Below are positions 50,001 through 60,333 of a stretch of DNA of 64,000 nt, piece by piece. How positions within the stretch are numbered: position 1 is the first letter of the stretch; each line of letters starts with the position of its first letter. The stretch covers positions 2,048,001 through 2,112,000 of the forward strand of contig OZ242296.1 of NCBI GenBank assembly GCA_965207735.1, given 5' to 3'. The stretch comes from Candidatus Versatilivorator sp. Its GTDB lineage: Bacteria; Acidobacteriota; Terriglobia; Versatilivoradales; Versatilivoraceae. Made by a program: the position numbers and the translations under genes. The notes below the pieces were generated by a model that saw only the letters and a list, made by a program, of their open reading frames with translations, ran no database searches and was not told the DNA's origin.

Positions 50001-51749
50001 AGAGGTTTCCTGCCTCATCTACAGCCACGGCGTACGGACTATCCATATGCGCTTCAACCGCCGGCCCGCCGGCCCGCCGTCCCCGCTGTAGCTGCCAAGC
50101 GTATTGTGCATAGTGACAAGATGATGATCGACGTCCCCCGTTCCAGCGATAGTACTGATTTTCCAATGAGCCTCTGACAGAGGACCTGCAACGGTCTCCG
50201 CGTTGACTTCGTTGGAGAAAGCGGACAGATCACTACCGTTGAAGGCCTGTACTTGGTAAACGTAGGTGGTTCCTGGAAATAATCCGGTATCTGAAAACGT
50301 CGTTGTGTTGGCCGCAGTTCTTTCAACTTCAGTCCAATGTGCCCACCCCCCTCTCCGGCGCTGCACGATGAAACCGGTCTCATTCGTACTATTGTCTTGC
50401 CATGACAGATCGATTCGAGAGAAAGAAGCCTGTGAGAAGGAGGAATCCGTGATCTCCAAGTTGGTTGGCGGCTGGAAATCAATCGGTGCAGGAGTCAAAC
50501 AGCCATGGTTGCTTGAAACGTAGCTTGATATTTCGTCACGTGACAACTTACAGAACGTCAACCCCGAGCCCTCAACCGTACCGGGCCACATGATGCTGGT
50601 GGAGCAACTATCCAAGGAAGGACTTAGTTCACGAGGAAGTGTCTCGTTGGGATGGAACGCCCCAAGATTGTGGCCGATTTGATGGGCCGTAATCCAGTAC
50701 TTGTCCATAGGATCCTGCTCGATTACACGACTGCCAAATTGATTGCGGAAGTGGCTCGACAAACTGTATTTCAGAGGGCTATAGCCGCAGACGACCCCTG
50801 TATAGGCGTGTCCAACAGTCCAGGCCAAGCCAAAAAACGCGAAATCGTCCCGTTCCCTATCGGTCCAAAGATGAGCGAGATCATAGTCAATCTCCGCCGC
50901 GAAGTTAGTGTTCCAGTATTCAGCGAATTCATCTAGCAACTCCGGAAGATTCGTGGCGGTGTAGGGATCATCCTCTGTGCCCCAAGTGTTCTGAGAAACA
51001 ATCCGGAACTGCAACAGAAGCTCGTTCTGATATATCCCCTCCACTTGGTTCAATATGCCCCGAATTGCTCGGTTGGCCGCTTCGGAGCCTCCCATGGCCT
51101 GCACGTATTCGTAGTCGGCTTCGGTCGCCACATCAATTTCGTACTTGATGGAGGTACCCGCTTCTACCTGCACCGACACTCTGCCTACGCCACGCTGCAG
51201 GCGCTTTGGCAGCGACATGCCGCACTTCAGAGCTTCGCCTCTCTTGATGTCCGCGTTCCTGTAGACCAACAGGTCTTCGGTCGAGGCGCTCGGAAGATAG
51301 TTCCGCAAGGGCTCCACGTAGACCCAGCCCTCGGGAGCGTAGACGACCCCCTCCACCCCACCGTCCGTCAGATTGAATCGACCTCGGATGTCTTCCCGTC
51401 CCGCCAGCACTCCCTTGAAAGTGTGCACCGGCTCGGGGGAGAGCGTCCGCTTCGCTCCTCCGAATCCCATCTCCACCGCCCGGTAGTTAGGGGCTCGCAT
51501 GTCGTGAGGTTCTAACTTGAAATAGAAATCGGTCTCGTTGAACCGGAACCGCAGCTCTCCGGTCGTGCGAACCTGTTGTTCGATCTCCCCGGGTTCCATT
51601 CGAATGACTTCGTAGCTCGACACGACGGGGCTCAGCGCCCGCGAGACCTCGGATGCCCGAGTCAGGCCCTGAGGGGGGCTGACCGAGATTCCAAGACCGG
51701 CCAGAAGCAGGATGGACAGCCAGGAAAGAATTTTGTTCCGGTTGATCAT
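47017..51749 (-). CDS. Secreted M12B/reprolysin-like (HQxxH) + FN3 + NHL + FN3 + IPT protein with shared C-terminal domain; frameshifted by an 8-bp duplication (~1574 aa if repaired)
   Basis: ORFs 50019-51749 and 47017-50166. Removing one GGCCCGCC copy at 50063-50078 restores YSGDGGPAVEAHMDSP. Confidence 0.85.
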
Positions 51750-51977
51750 GGTTGGCTCAGGTGATGGTGGGACGAAGCCGGGCCACTATTGTAGTCGATT
51801 GCAGGGATAGCGAAAATTTGGCCGCCTTGCACGGCCATTTCAAATGGCCCCACGATGAGCCTTGGAACTGTCAACTCCCAGACGGGAATTGAGTTATGAT
51901 GGCGCCATGGGTTCTCGGGCCACGGCTTCCACCATCGGACGCCTCTTGATTTCCGCCTTCCACCCCTGAGGAGCACA

Positions 51978-52946
51978 ATGCGTTACGTTTGGAACTCTAC
52001 ACCAACCGAGCATCGTTGCAGGCAGCGCGCGGTTTCGGTCGCAACTTTGATCGCCTGCCTGCTGGCCGGAACTGCTGCCAAAGCCCAGGACGACGGCCGC
52101 GGCGGCTATGTCGGCTTCAACCTGGGTTTGGCGGGATCGTCGCCGTTGGATTCGGCCGTCTCCGCGGTCAGCAACCCGACCAGGTGCGACAGGCTGCTTT
52201 ACGACGATCCGGCGCTGGCGCCGAGCGACCCTGCATGCACGGACACGACGCCGCGGCAACTCTCCTCCAACGGCTTCTCGCCAGGGTTGGGATTCACAGG
52301 CGGTTTCAACGCCGGCTACGCCTTCGGCGGTCCTCGCATCGAGTTCGAGTACAGGGCCCGGACCCAGGGAGGCGACGTGTCCCCGCTCATCGACGCCGCC
52401 TCCAACCAGGCCGTGGTCAGCAAAGCCCTGGAATGGAGTCCGGTGTCCCCCCCGACCGAGTCGATCTCCAACTACCGCGTCCACCAGGTCTTCGCCAACT
52501 TCTACTACGACTTTCCAAACCAGTCGCGGTGGACGCCCTTTCTGGGGGCCGGCGCCGGCCTGGCCCGCACCGGCCTGCGCTACACCCGACGCCTCATCCG
52601 TAAAACCCTCGACCAGGGGTATCAGGACGTGGAGCCGCCGCTCACCCTCGCCGACCGGCCGGCAGCGGCCGCCGGCACGGTCAGCCTGCTGCAACCGGAC
52701 CTCAGCGGCACGCTTCCCGGCTTTCAGATCCTGGGCGGGGTGGACTACGCGGTGGGAGAACGCACTTCGATCGGGATCAATGCGCACTGGGCCCGCTTTG
52801 GGGAGCTGAGCCAGAACGTGACCTGGTCCATCATCCGCAGCCACGAACCGGTGCGGGCGGACGGGACGACGCCGTTCTCGGGAACGGTGACGCTGAGCAG
52901 CTTCCAGAAATGGGGGGTGACGCTCGGACTGAAGTACCGCTTCTGA
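51978..52946 (+). CDS. Outer-membrane beta-barrel protein (opacity/OmpW/Msp2-like)
   Basis: Signal peptide, GYVGFNLG, RIEFEY, ANFYYDF, WTPFLGAGAG, C-terminal LGLKYRF. Confidence 0.85.
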   Translation: MRYVWNSTPTEHRCRQRAVSVATLIACLLAGTAAKAQDDGRGGYVGFNLGLAGSSPLDSAVSAVSNPTRCDRLLYDDPALAPSDPACTDTTPRQLSSNGFSPGLGFTGGFNAGYAFGGPRIEFEYRARTQGGDVSPLIDAASNQAVVSKALEWSPVSPPTESISNYRVHQVFANFYYDFPNQSRWTPFLGAGAGLARTGLRYTRRLIRKTLDQGYQDVEPPLTLADRPAAAAGTVSLLQPDLSGTLPGFQILGGVDYAVGERTSIGINAHWARFGELSQNVTWSIIRSHEPVRADGTTPFSGTVTLSSFQKWGVTLGLKYRF

Positions 52947-53029
52947 ACCGCAGGGACTCCACCGGGGTAAAAAGGCTGGCGTGAGCCGAGCCGGGCAGCT
53001 TTTGTGGCTGGTTTAAAGCCCGGGCCGCT

Positions 53030-53992
53030 TCAATCCAGGTAGTAGCCGGCGCCGATGAGAACCGGAACCCCAAACGAGGTGACCCGCTTGACAAAGGTCA
53101 CCTTGCGTCGCCGCTGGCCGGTGGCCGGATTCCGGTTGGAGTAGTAGAGGAAGGACTCGCCAAACGCATCGGCAACGCCCAGAACATTCCGGCCCCCAAA
53201 GCCGCCGATGGAGTCGGAGGACAACTCCGACCCGATCCAGGAATCCGCCGGAGAGCCGCTGAAGAAGGTATAGCCGTAGGTGTCCAGGCCGAACAGATAA
53301 ATCGAGCCGTTTTTCCAACGGGGATCGTTGGCCAGGCCGACCGAGGCGAAATAGCCCCTCGAATCCAGGTCCATGGCGGCGCAGCGGACAAACTCCTGCA
53401 GCCGAACCTCGGAAGGGTCGGCATCGAGCATGGCCGCGTTGACCTCCTCGATCCTGCAGGTGCCGGGCAGGTCACGCCGGTAGACCCCCACCCCGATCGC
53501 GGCTGAGTTCCCCTCCCAGTCGATGCTCTTGATGTAGGTGGCCTTGGGCTCGTCCATGCCCGTCGCCGGGTTGAGGAAGGAGTAGTAGATGAAACCCTCG
53601 CCGAACCCGCTGGCGATGCGGTGCTGTTCCTTGTAGTAGTCGTTGCCGTAGACATCGATCAGCAGTCCCAGGGAGGCCCCTTCCCTTTCCCGAGCCGGAG
53701 GAAAGACGAAGAGCCGGGCCTGATCGCTCAACGGCGTGACCTCGGAGACGAAGACATAGGTGGGGCCGCTCTTCCAGCGCTCCTCTTCGTTGAAGGCTCT
53801 GCGGGCCTCCACGAAGCCCACCTCATGGACAAACTCGTAGGCGCACTGGGTCAGAGTCTTGGCATCCTGCAACGTCCGAACGGCGCTGGCCACGACGGAG
53901 CGGTCCGCGCAGGAATCCTCGGTAGCCAGGGCCGGAGAGACGAGGGAGAGAAACAAGGGGATAAGAATGGAACGACAATGCGGTTTTTTCAT
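53030..53992 (-). CDS. Secreted stand-alone protein with two Cache-like domains
   Basis: Signal peptide; two repeats RWK.G..Y.F...F.YY...NPATG....K.T..K. Confidence 0.75.
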   Translation of the reverse strand: MKKPHCRSILIPLFLSLVSPALATEDSCADRSVVASAVRTLQDAKTLTQCAYEFVHEVGFVEARRAFNEEERWKSGPTYVFVSEVTPLSDQARLFVFPPAREREGASLGLLIDVYGNDYYKEQHRIASGFGEGFIYYSFLNPATGMDEPKATYIKSIDWEGNSAAIGVGVYRRDLPGTCRIEEVNAAMLDADPSEVRLQEFVRCAAMDLDSRGYFASVGLANDPRWKNGSIYLFGLDTYGYTFFSGSPADSWIGSELSSDSIGGFGGRNVLGVADAFGESFLYYSNRNPATGQRRRKVTFVKRVTSFGVPVLIGAGYYLD

Positions 53993-54263
53993 GCGTGTAT
54001 TTTACCGCAACACGGTCGTGCCGTACACCCACAAAGTTTCATCGCATCCCTCGTTTCTCGTCGGCTTCCCGGATGCCTTCAAACTTCAGCGGTTTGGTGG
54101 TAGACTGCGTTGGCATCAGGCTGTCCTGGCGAAATCGGTTCAAACTCTTTTCCAACAGTATTTTACAGGACTTCCAAGGTCGATGCCGCCTGCCTGGGGC
54201 AAGACATCCGGGCGAGCCAATGTCCATCCCTGCAGACGAAAACAGGACCTGACGCAATTGAAC

Positions 54264-54920
54264 ATGTACGCCGATCTTCCGAGGATGTGGGGGCGACTAC
54301 TTGCGCTGCTCCTTTTGGGATTGATTGGTACCCAGACCGCTGCCGGGCAACAGACATACCCCTGGAAACTGCCCAAAGGGGTGCCGGCGCCGCGTGTGCC
54401 GTCAGACTCGCCGTTGACGCCGGAACGGGTGGAGCTGGGCCGGCATCTCTTCTACGACACGCGGCTCTCGGGCAACGGCACCCAAGCCTGCGCCACCTGC
54501 CACCGGCAGGAGCTGGCCTTTACGGACGGACGGGCCCTGGCGGTCGGTTCCACTGGAGAAACCCACCCCCGGAGCGCCATGTCGCTCATCAATGCCGCCT
54601 ACCGCGATGCCCTGACCTGGGCCAATCCGTCGCTGAAGACCTTCGAAGAACAGATCCCCGTGCCCATGCTGGGAACAGCCCCCGTCGAGCTGGGCCTGGC
54701 CGGACAGGAGGATCGTGCCTACGCCGAGCTGGCACGGGATCCGGTCTATCGAGAGCTCTTCCTGTCCGCCTTTCCCGACGAGGGCTCTCCTGTCAACAGG
54801 CGCAATATCGTGGCGGCTCTGGCCTCGTTTCTGCGGTCGATCGTCTCGTTCCGGTCGCCCTTCGACCGATACCGCTTTGGCGGCGAGGTTAACCGCGACG
54901 GGATACCAAGGTCGCGATAA
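54264..54920 (+). pseudogene. Truncated di-heme cytochrome c peroxidase (MauG/MbnH-like)
   Basis: VELGRHLFYDTRLSGNGTQACATCH, only one CxxCH; homology stops at SPFDRYRFGG where the inverted repeat core A begins. Confidence 0.82.
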
Positions 54921-54986
54921 GGATGATCGATTTCAGATTGATTTGCTTTCGTATGATCCGCCCGGCAGGGCGGGGGCGACACTTAC
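54885..54986 (-). repeat. Partial inverted copy of core A (copy 4)
   Basis: Reverse complement AAGTGTCGCCCCCGCCCTGCCGGGCGGATCATACGAAAGCAAATCAATCTGAAATCGATCATCC...CCCGTCGCGGTTAACCTC matches copy 1. Confidence 0.85.
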
Positions 54987-55003
54987 AAAAAAAGGATGAT
55001 GTC

Positions 55004-55714
55004 ATGGCAATCACGTGGACTTGTACTGGAACCTGCTTTTGGCTACTGCTGTTTGCTTTCACACTTGCGGCGCAGCCGGACCCGGACTGCGAAGAGTGGA
55101 ACACCCGGGAGTATTTCCTGAAGGCCACGGTCGAGGAGGTGACCTCCTGTCTGGCTGCCGGCGGCGACGTTGAGGCACAGACTGAGAATGGTCGCACCCC
55201 TCTGCACTTCGCGGCCTGGAACAGCAAGAATCCGGCGGTGGTCAAAACCCTGCTGGAGGCGGGAGCAAACCCGGATGCTCGGAGCAAGAACCGCAATACT
55301 CCCCTGATTCTGGCGGCCTGGGGGAACAGGAATCCGGCAGTGATAGAGGCGCTGCTTGCCGGCGGGGCAGACCCGAATGCAGGGAACAAATCCGGCAACA
55401 CCCCGCTGCACGATGCCGCACGGGCAAATGGGAATCCGAACGTGACACGGGTGCTGGTTGAGGCCGGGGCAGACTTGGCGGCGGCGGACAACAAGGGCCG
55501 TACACCCTTGCATCAGGCCGCTGCAAGCGGCAAGATTCCAGCCGTGATCGACCTCCTGCTCGAAGCAGGAGCCGACCCGAATGCTCGGGATGCAGAAGGC
55601 AAAACGCCCTGGAATCTGGCCCAGTCCAACGAGGCGCTCAAGGGAACCACGACCTACATTCGCCTTCACGAGGCACAGTTCGAGTCGTCGGAGAGAGGCG
55701 ATCGGGGTCGGTAA
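55004..55714 (+). CDS. Secreted ankyrin-repeat protein
   Basis: Signal peptide, CEEWNT..C cap, about five G.TPLH.AA...LLEAGADPNA repeats. Confidence 0.93.
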   Translation: MAITWTCTGTCFWLLLFAFTLAAQPDPDCEEWNTREYFLKATVEEVTSCLAAGGDVEAQTENGRTPLHFAAWNSKNPAVVKTLLEAGANPDARSKNRNTPLILAAWGNRNPAVIEALLAGGADPNAGNKSGNTPLHDAARANGNPNVTRVLVEAGADLAAADNKGRTPLHQAAASGKIPAVIDLLLEAGADPNARDAEGKTPWNLAQSNEALKGTTTYIRLHEAQFESSERGDRGR

Positions 55715-55822
55715 CAGGCTGGACGCACTCCTGAGAAATTCACGGCGGTCCTGAAAAGCCCCGGAGTGGCCACGCGCCGCAGCCCGGCAGCCGGACGCCA
55801 AGGATCGATTTTTTCATAATCG

Positions 55823-56009
55823 ACATGGATGTACAGGATGAACAGGATTATTGCCATCGACCGCCTTGCCCCAGAAGCGGACATCGAGCGTGTCGTATCG
55901 CGTGAGTGAGCTTCCCGTGCAGCAGCGTCCCGTCCCGGTTATCCTGTGCATCCTGTGTATCCATGTTTTTTTGATTTTTTTCAACATGGATGCACAGGAT
56001 TTACAGGAT
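55823..56009. repeat. 9-nt periodic inverted-repeat element
   Basis: ACATGGATGTACAGGATGAACAGGAT (55823-55848), inverted ATCCTGTGCATCCTGTGTATCCATGT (55941-55966), third direct copy 55984-56009. Confidence 0.85.
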
Positions 56010-56050
56010 TTCTTGTCGATGTAAGTTATTCATTCAAATGATGCCCGGGA

Positions 56051-57694
56051 TTATGGGACGCCAGATTCCTGAGACCCGATCTCAACTCTAAGGAACAACG
56101 CGGCGAGGAACGACAGCCCCACCACCACCGCACTCAGCGTGAAGGCATCTCCCAACGCCCCGACCAGCGCCGAGCCGAGAGCGCCAACAAAGGTGTCCGC
56201 CAATTGAGTGCCGTCAAGCCCCCTCTCCGCGAAACCGGCCCTCAACGCCTCGACCGCGGAAGGATCGACAAGAGCCCGCGGATTCTGCTTGACGGCTTCG
56301 AACTGCCCTTGGGCAAGCGCGTCTCTGACAGAATCGGAGACGGTCTCTTCCAACCTGGATGAGAAGCTCGCCGTCAACACAACTCCCAACACGGCCAGGC
56401 CCAGCGTACCGCTGAACAATCTGGAGAACTGAAGCGCGGCAGTGGCGCTGCCCACCAGCCGGAAAGGCATCGAGTTCTGGACGGCCAGGTTGCAGGTGGA
56501 CATGGTGCCGCCCAGCCCCAGCCCAGTCAGCGAAACGTAGGCAGCCGCTTGGGCAAAACTCGTCGTCTCGTTCATGGTGGAGATGAGACAAATGCCCACC
56601 GCCATGGCTCCCGAGGAAACCAGGGCCTGTCTGCGGTAGCCCCCCCCGATTCCGGAGAGTCGCCTCCCGGACACGATGGCGCCAACCACCATTCCAAGCA
56701 TCATCGGGGTGAGCAAACCGCCGCTTCCGGTCGCGGTCGAGCCCAGCACTCCCTGGAAGAAAAGCGGGGTGAAGAGTGCTGTGCTGTGTAATCCAAAACC
56801 GGTCAGGACGGTGATCATCACGGAAATCGTTACCGCCCGGTTTCCGTAAATTTCCAGGGGCATGATGGGAGAATCGGACTTCGACTCGATCACCAGGAAT
56901 ATCAGAGCCATTACCAACCCGAAACCCAGCAGTCCGCCGACCTGAAGCGAACCCCACTGGAAGTGAACGCCGCCAAGAGAAAGCGCGATCATCAGCGAGG
57001 ACACCGCCAATGTCAGGGCCACCATTCCCGGGTAGTCCAGCTTTCGTCTTTCGACCCTGGGAGCAATTTGGGGGAACTTTCGGGCAAGCAACCACAGCAC
57101 GGGTATTCCAGCCGGAACATTCATCAGAAAGACCCAGTTCCAGGAAAAGTTGTCGGTGATGAAGCCGGCCAACGGGGGTCCGATCACCGAAGCCATGCCG
57201 TAGACAAGACCGATCAACCCTATGTACCTGCCCCGTTCTCCCGGTGGGAACAGGTCCGCGGCGGCCGCGAAACTGTTGGCCATGAGAATCCCGCCACCGA
57301 CGCCCATGACCGCGCGCGCAGCAATGAGCTGGTTCATTGACAGGCTCAAGCCTGCCGGAATCGAGCCGATCATGAAGATCGCCAAGCCAAGAATGAAAAA
57401 TATCCTGCGTCCGAAAATATCGGCCAATCCGCCCGCGATGGGAATGGCTATGGTGGAAGCGACCAGGTACCCCGTCGCAGCCCAGGTGTAGCGGTCGAAA
57501 CCGCCCAGGTCGGCCACGATGCGAGGCATGGCGGTGGCGATATTGATCTGACTCACGGCAGCCAGAAACATCGCCATCATCACGCCGGCCGTGGCCAGCA
57601 GTAGCTGTTTACCGGAGAGTTGCACGGAGCCTCCCGCCACCGATGGATCGGTGTCGGCTTTCTCCTTCCATATGGAGTCGGCGCTCAATGGCAT
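56051..57694 (-). CDS. MFS drug:H+ antiporter (DHA2, EmrB/QacA-like)
   Basis: ATAMPRIVADLGG, GGLADIFGRR, DLFPPGERGRY, WNWVFLMNVP; about 14 TM segments. Confidence 0.92.
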   Translation of the reverse strand: MPLSADSIWKEKADTDPSVAGGSVQLSGKQLLLATAGVMMAMFLAAVSQINIATAMPRIVADLGGFDRYTWAATGYLVASTIAIPIAGGLADIFGRRIFFILGLAIFMIGSIPAGLSLSMNQLIAARAVMGVGGGILMANSFAAAADLFPPGERGRYIGLIGLVYGMASVIGPPLAGFITDNFSWNWVFLMNVPAGIPVLWLLARKFPQIAPRVERRKLDYPGMVALTLAVSSLMIALSLGGVHFQWGSLQVGGLLGFGLVMALIFLVIESKSDSPIMPLEIYGNRAVTISVMITVLTGFGLHSTALFTPLFFQGVLGSTATGSGGLLTPMMLGMVVGAIVSGRRLSGIGGGYRRQALVSSGAMAVGICLISTMNETTSFAQAAAYVSLTGLGLGGTMSTCNLAVQNSMPFRLVGSATAALQFSRLFSGTLGLAVLGVVLTASFSSRLEETVSDSVRDALAQGQFEAVKQNPRALVDPSAVEALRAGFAERGLDGTQLADTFVGALGSALVGALGDAFTLSAVVVGLSFLAALFLRVEIGSQESGVP

Positions 57695-58103
57695 CTTTCT
57701 CCCTCCCGGCACTCGTCTCAGGAGTGAAATTCAGAGGAAAACGTGCGGGTTAAACAGGTTACGCTAACTCAAATCGACCGCATCCGCCACGTATCATGAT
57801 ATGATGAGCCGGTTTTTCCCGGATGACTTACTCAGTTGGAGGATCAGAGGCTTGACGACTGCGCCGACCCGAGGCAATCGGAGCTTTCGGGATATCGGCT
57901 CCGGAAACCACCCCTTCGGACCGAGCGAGCGTCTTGCAGGCCGCAGCACTGACCAAGAGGCTGGATCTCACACTGAGACATCGCATCCCGCCCCCTCGTC
58001 ATGATGGGATCAGCGCCCGACCGGCACCTGAAGCCCGTTGGGTGAGTGGAGGAATAATTAGCCCTCAACCTTCACACGATTGGAATTCGAAAGGAGCAAC
58101 CCC

Positions 58104-58751
58104 ATGGCAGCTCAAGTCAAATGGAGCCGTAGAGAAGGCATCCTGATTGCCGCACCGATCGGTCGTATCGACGGCAACAACTACATCGAAGTCCAGAATG
58201 CCTTGGAATCCGGAATCGATTCCGATGAACGGGCCATGATCCTGGACTTCGGGCAATTGGGCTACATCAGCAGTGCAGGTCTTCGCGTATGCCTGATCAT
58301 CGCCAAGAAATTCAACCCGGAAGGCAAGGCCTTCGGTATCTGCAACCTCTCCGATTCGATCCGCGAGATTGTCACCGTGAGCGGCTTTCATGGGATCATG
58401 TCGATTTACGATTCGCTGAGCGCGGCCATCGAAGCCCTTACCGGGAAGGCCGACGTCGGGGATGAGAGCGCAGTAGAAGCATCCTCGACCATACCGATAC
58501 GTGACTCTGTCGATTTCGATATCATCGGAGAAAACATCCAGCACATCGCCAACTTCACGATCGAGAAATACGAGTACAAGAATGACCGCAGCCTTTCGCT
58601 CAAGGAGCGGGAGGCCGTCGTTGCCGGCATCACCAATGCCCTGTGGATGTATATTGAGCGTCTGAAGATTCGGCGCAAGCAGCTTCTGACGGAGATGTTC
58701 AAATCCGCCGAATCAGTTCTCGAACAGGTCGTTGCAAAATCGGAAAAATGA
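58104..58751 (+). CDS. STAS-domain anti-sigma factor antagonist with C-terminal extension
   Basis: GRIDG, ILDFGQLGYISSAGLRV; AAGGAG RBS; extra ~100-aa helical tail. Confidence 0.85.
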   Translation: MAAQVKWSRREGILIAAPIGRIDGNNYIEVQNALESGIDSDERAMILDFGQLGYISSAGLRVCLIIAKKFNPEGKAFGICNLSDSIREIVTVSGFHGIMSIYDSLSAAIEALTGKADVGDESAVEASSTIPIRDSVDFDIIGENIQHIANFTIEKYEYKNDRSLSLKEREAVVAGITNALWMYIERLKIRRKQLLTEMFKSAESVLEQVVAKSEK

Positions 58752-59069
58752 CGGCCATAGCGGCCTCGGTGGGATCGTCTGCCAGGATGAAGATCCGGTT
58801 GAAATTCCGTGGCCGCGCTTGCGCCAGGCTGTCCGGGGATCCTGTTTGCGGTTCGGGCTGAATGACCGGCGTGGACTTGCCCGGCGCAGCCCGCAGGACT
58901 GATTCCGAAGTCTCTGTAAACCATTTATAATAAAAGAGTTACGTATTTTACGGAGACGATCTCCCCCCCCATTATTTCCACCTGAACGAAACGGATGCCC
59001 TTGGCCTTTCGTGGCCGTGAATGGACGCGTCAGCCGGTCCCCACGCGCCCACGCCTCGGAGGTCTGACA

Positions 59070-59580
59070 TTTTCCTCTTTGTATCCCTTTATTGTGTTTT
59101 GTCTCGTGATTGCGGCGCTACCCGGCCAACGACTTGACCAGGGAGAAAATGGCTAAACCACCAACAATTGGGAAGAGGTGAACTTTGCCTTCGGGCAATC
59201 GTTGTCTGCCCGGGTTCCCAAGTCTGTTGCGCTTGGCGGAACTGCTGCAGCGGCGTCCCGACTATCATGTGCGCCTGCAAGGACATGCGGATCACATCGG
59301 TTCGAATAGCGACAACGTGGAATTGGCCCTCAGGCGCGCGAAGGCGGTGGGAGACTTCCTGGTGAAGTACGGGGCCCAGGGAGCCCAGATCACAGTCGAA
59401 ACCTACGGCGAGAGCAGACCGACGAGCGACAATAGTTTTGGACAAGGGATCTGGATGAACCGGCGGGTCACGCTCTCGGTGGCCGATGTAGAAGGTCGGG
59501 TCATCAGTGATCAGGGGATCGCTCCCGCCCTTTTGGCCCCGGGGCCATCTGTGCTAGACTTGGAGAATGATGCCTCGTAG
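59070..59580 (+). pseudogene. Degraded OmpA-family gene
   Basis: NNWEEVNFAFGQS in one frame (with an upstream stop), then GFPSLLRLAELL..GHADHIGS...LALRRAKAV..YGESRP...NRRV in another. Confidence 0.7.
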
Positions 59581-59869
59581 AGAATCCATGCACACCGGAC
59601 CCGCCCGACGTGGCTTCGGCTGGCGCACCTGGATCGTCGTCCTGGCGCTGGCCGGCGCCACAATCACCGCGGCCATCTGCCACGAGGAGCACGCAGCCGG
59701 GCACGACTGCATGGCCTGCCAGCTCCGGCACCAGCCCGCCGCCGAACTGTCCGGATCCTTGCAGATCGGTTTCTCGGACGTTTCGGCGCCGCTCGAGCAA
59801 GCTGGCGACGGCGGATGGATCGCATCCGGTCATTCCCTCCGCCTCTCCGCCCGCGCACCCCCCGCCTAG
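59567..59869 (+). CDS. Small membrane protein with His/CxxC motif (DUF2946-like)
   Basis: TM helix, CHEEH..HDCMACQL, C-terminal ARAPPA; extended -10-like TGCTAGACT upstream. Confidence 0.7.
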   Translation: MMPRRESMHTGPARRGFGWRTWIVVLALAGATITAAICHEEHAAGHDCMACQLRHQPAAELSGSLQIGFSDVSAPLEQAGDGGWIASGHSLRLSARAPPA

Positions 59870-60123
59870 TTCCCTCACACGCTTAGTTCGCCTTTAGTAC
59901 CGCCATCGTCGGCGACACCACCCGTTTCGGTAATGCATGCAAATGCACCGGGGCGATCGTTGTGTTTCCCGGCAGCGCGCGGGCCCGCGAGTTCCGGAAC
60001 CGCCTGGAGGAATTCTTCCCGAGGTCCGGCGGTGGCGCACGTCCCACGTGGTTTCCATTCACGGCGGTAGCAGATCAGTGAACCGTTGGGAGTCCGGAAG
60101 GGGAATCTGGGAAGGAGATTCTG

Positions 60124-60333
60124 ATGAACCGATTGACAGCAACTGGCATTACAGAGACTCGGGGCTGGAGAGCCCTCAACGACCGCCTCGTCGCCATGCT
60201 CAAGCCGTTCGCACCGCCGATGGCTATCTCGTTCCACGGCGTCGGCGAGACGCTCGAGGCGACGGTCGGGCTCGACCGCGCGATGGCGCGCTACGCCTCG
60301 GTGGACGCGAAACGGCTTCAGGTGAACCGATGA
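60124..60333 (+). CDS. Small hypothetical protein
   Basis: AAGGAG RBS; ATGA overlap with the next gene. Confidence 0.55.
   Translation: MNRLTATGITETRGWRALNDRLVAMLKPFAPPMAISFHGVGETLEATVGLDRAMARYASVDAKRLQVNR

Noticed and set aside
59870-60123. Riboswitch or Fur/Zur box ahead of the FeoB-like operon
   Set aside because: No recognisable cobalamin, NiCo or yybP consensus and no convincing palindrome by eye; an Rfam scan would be needed.
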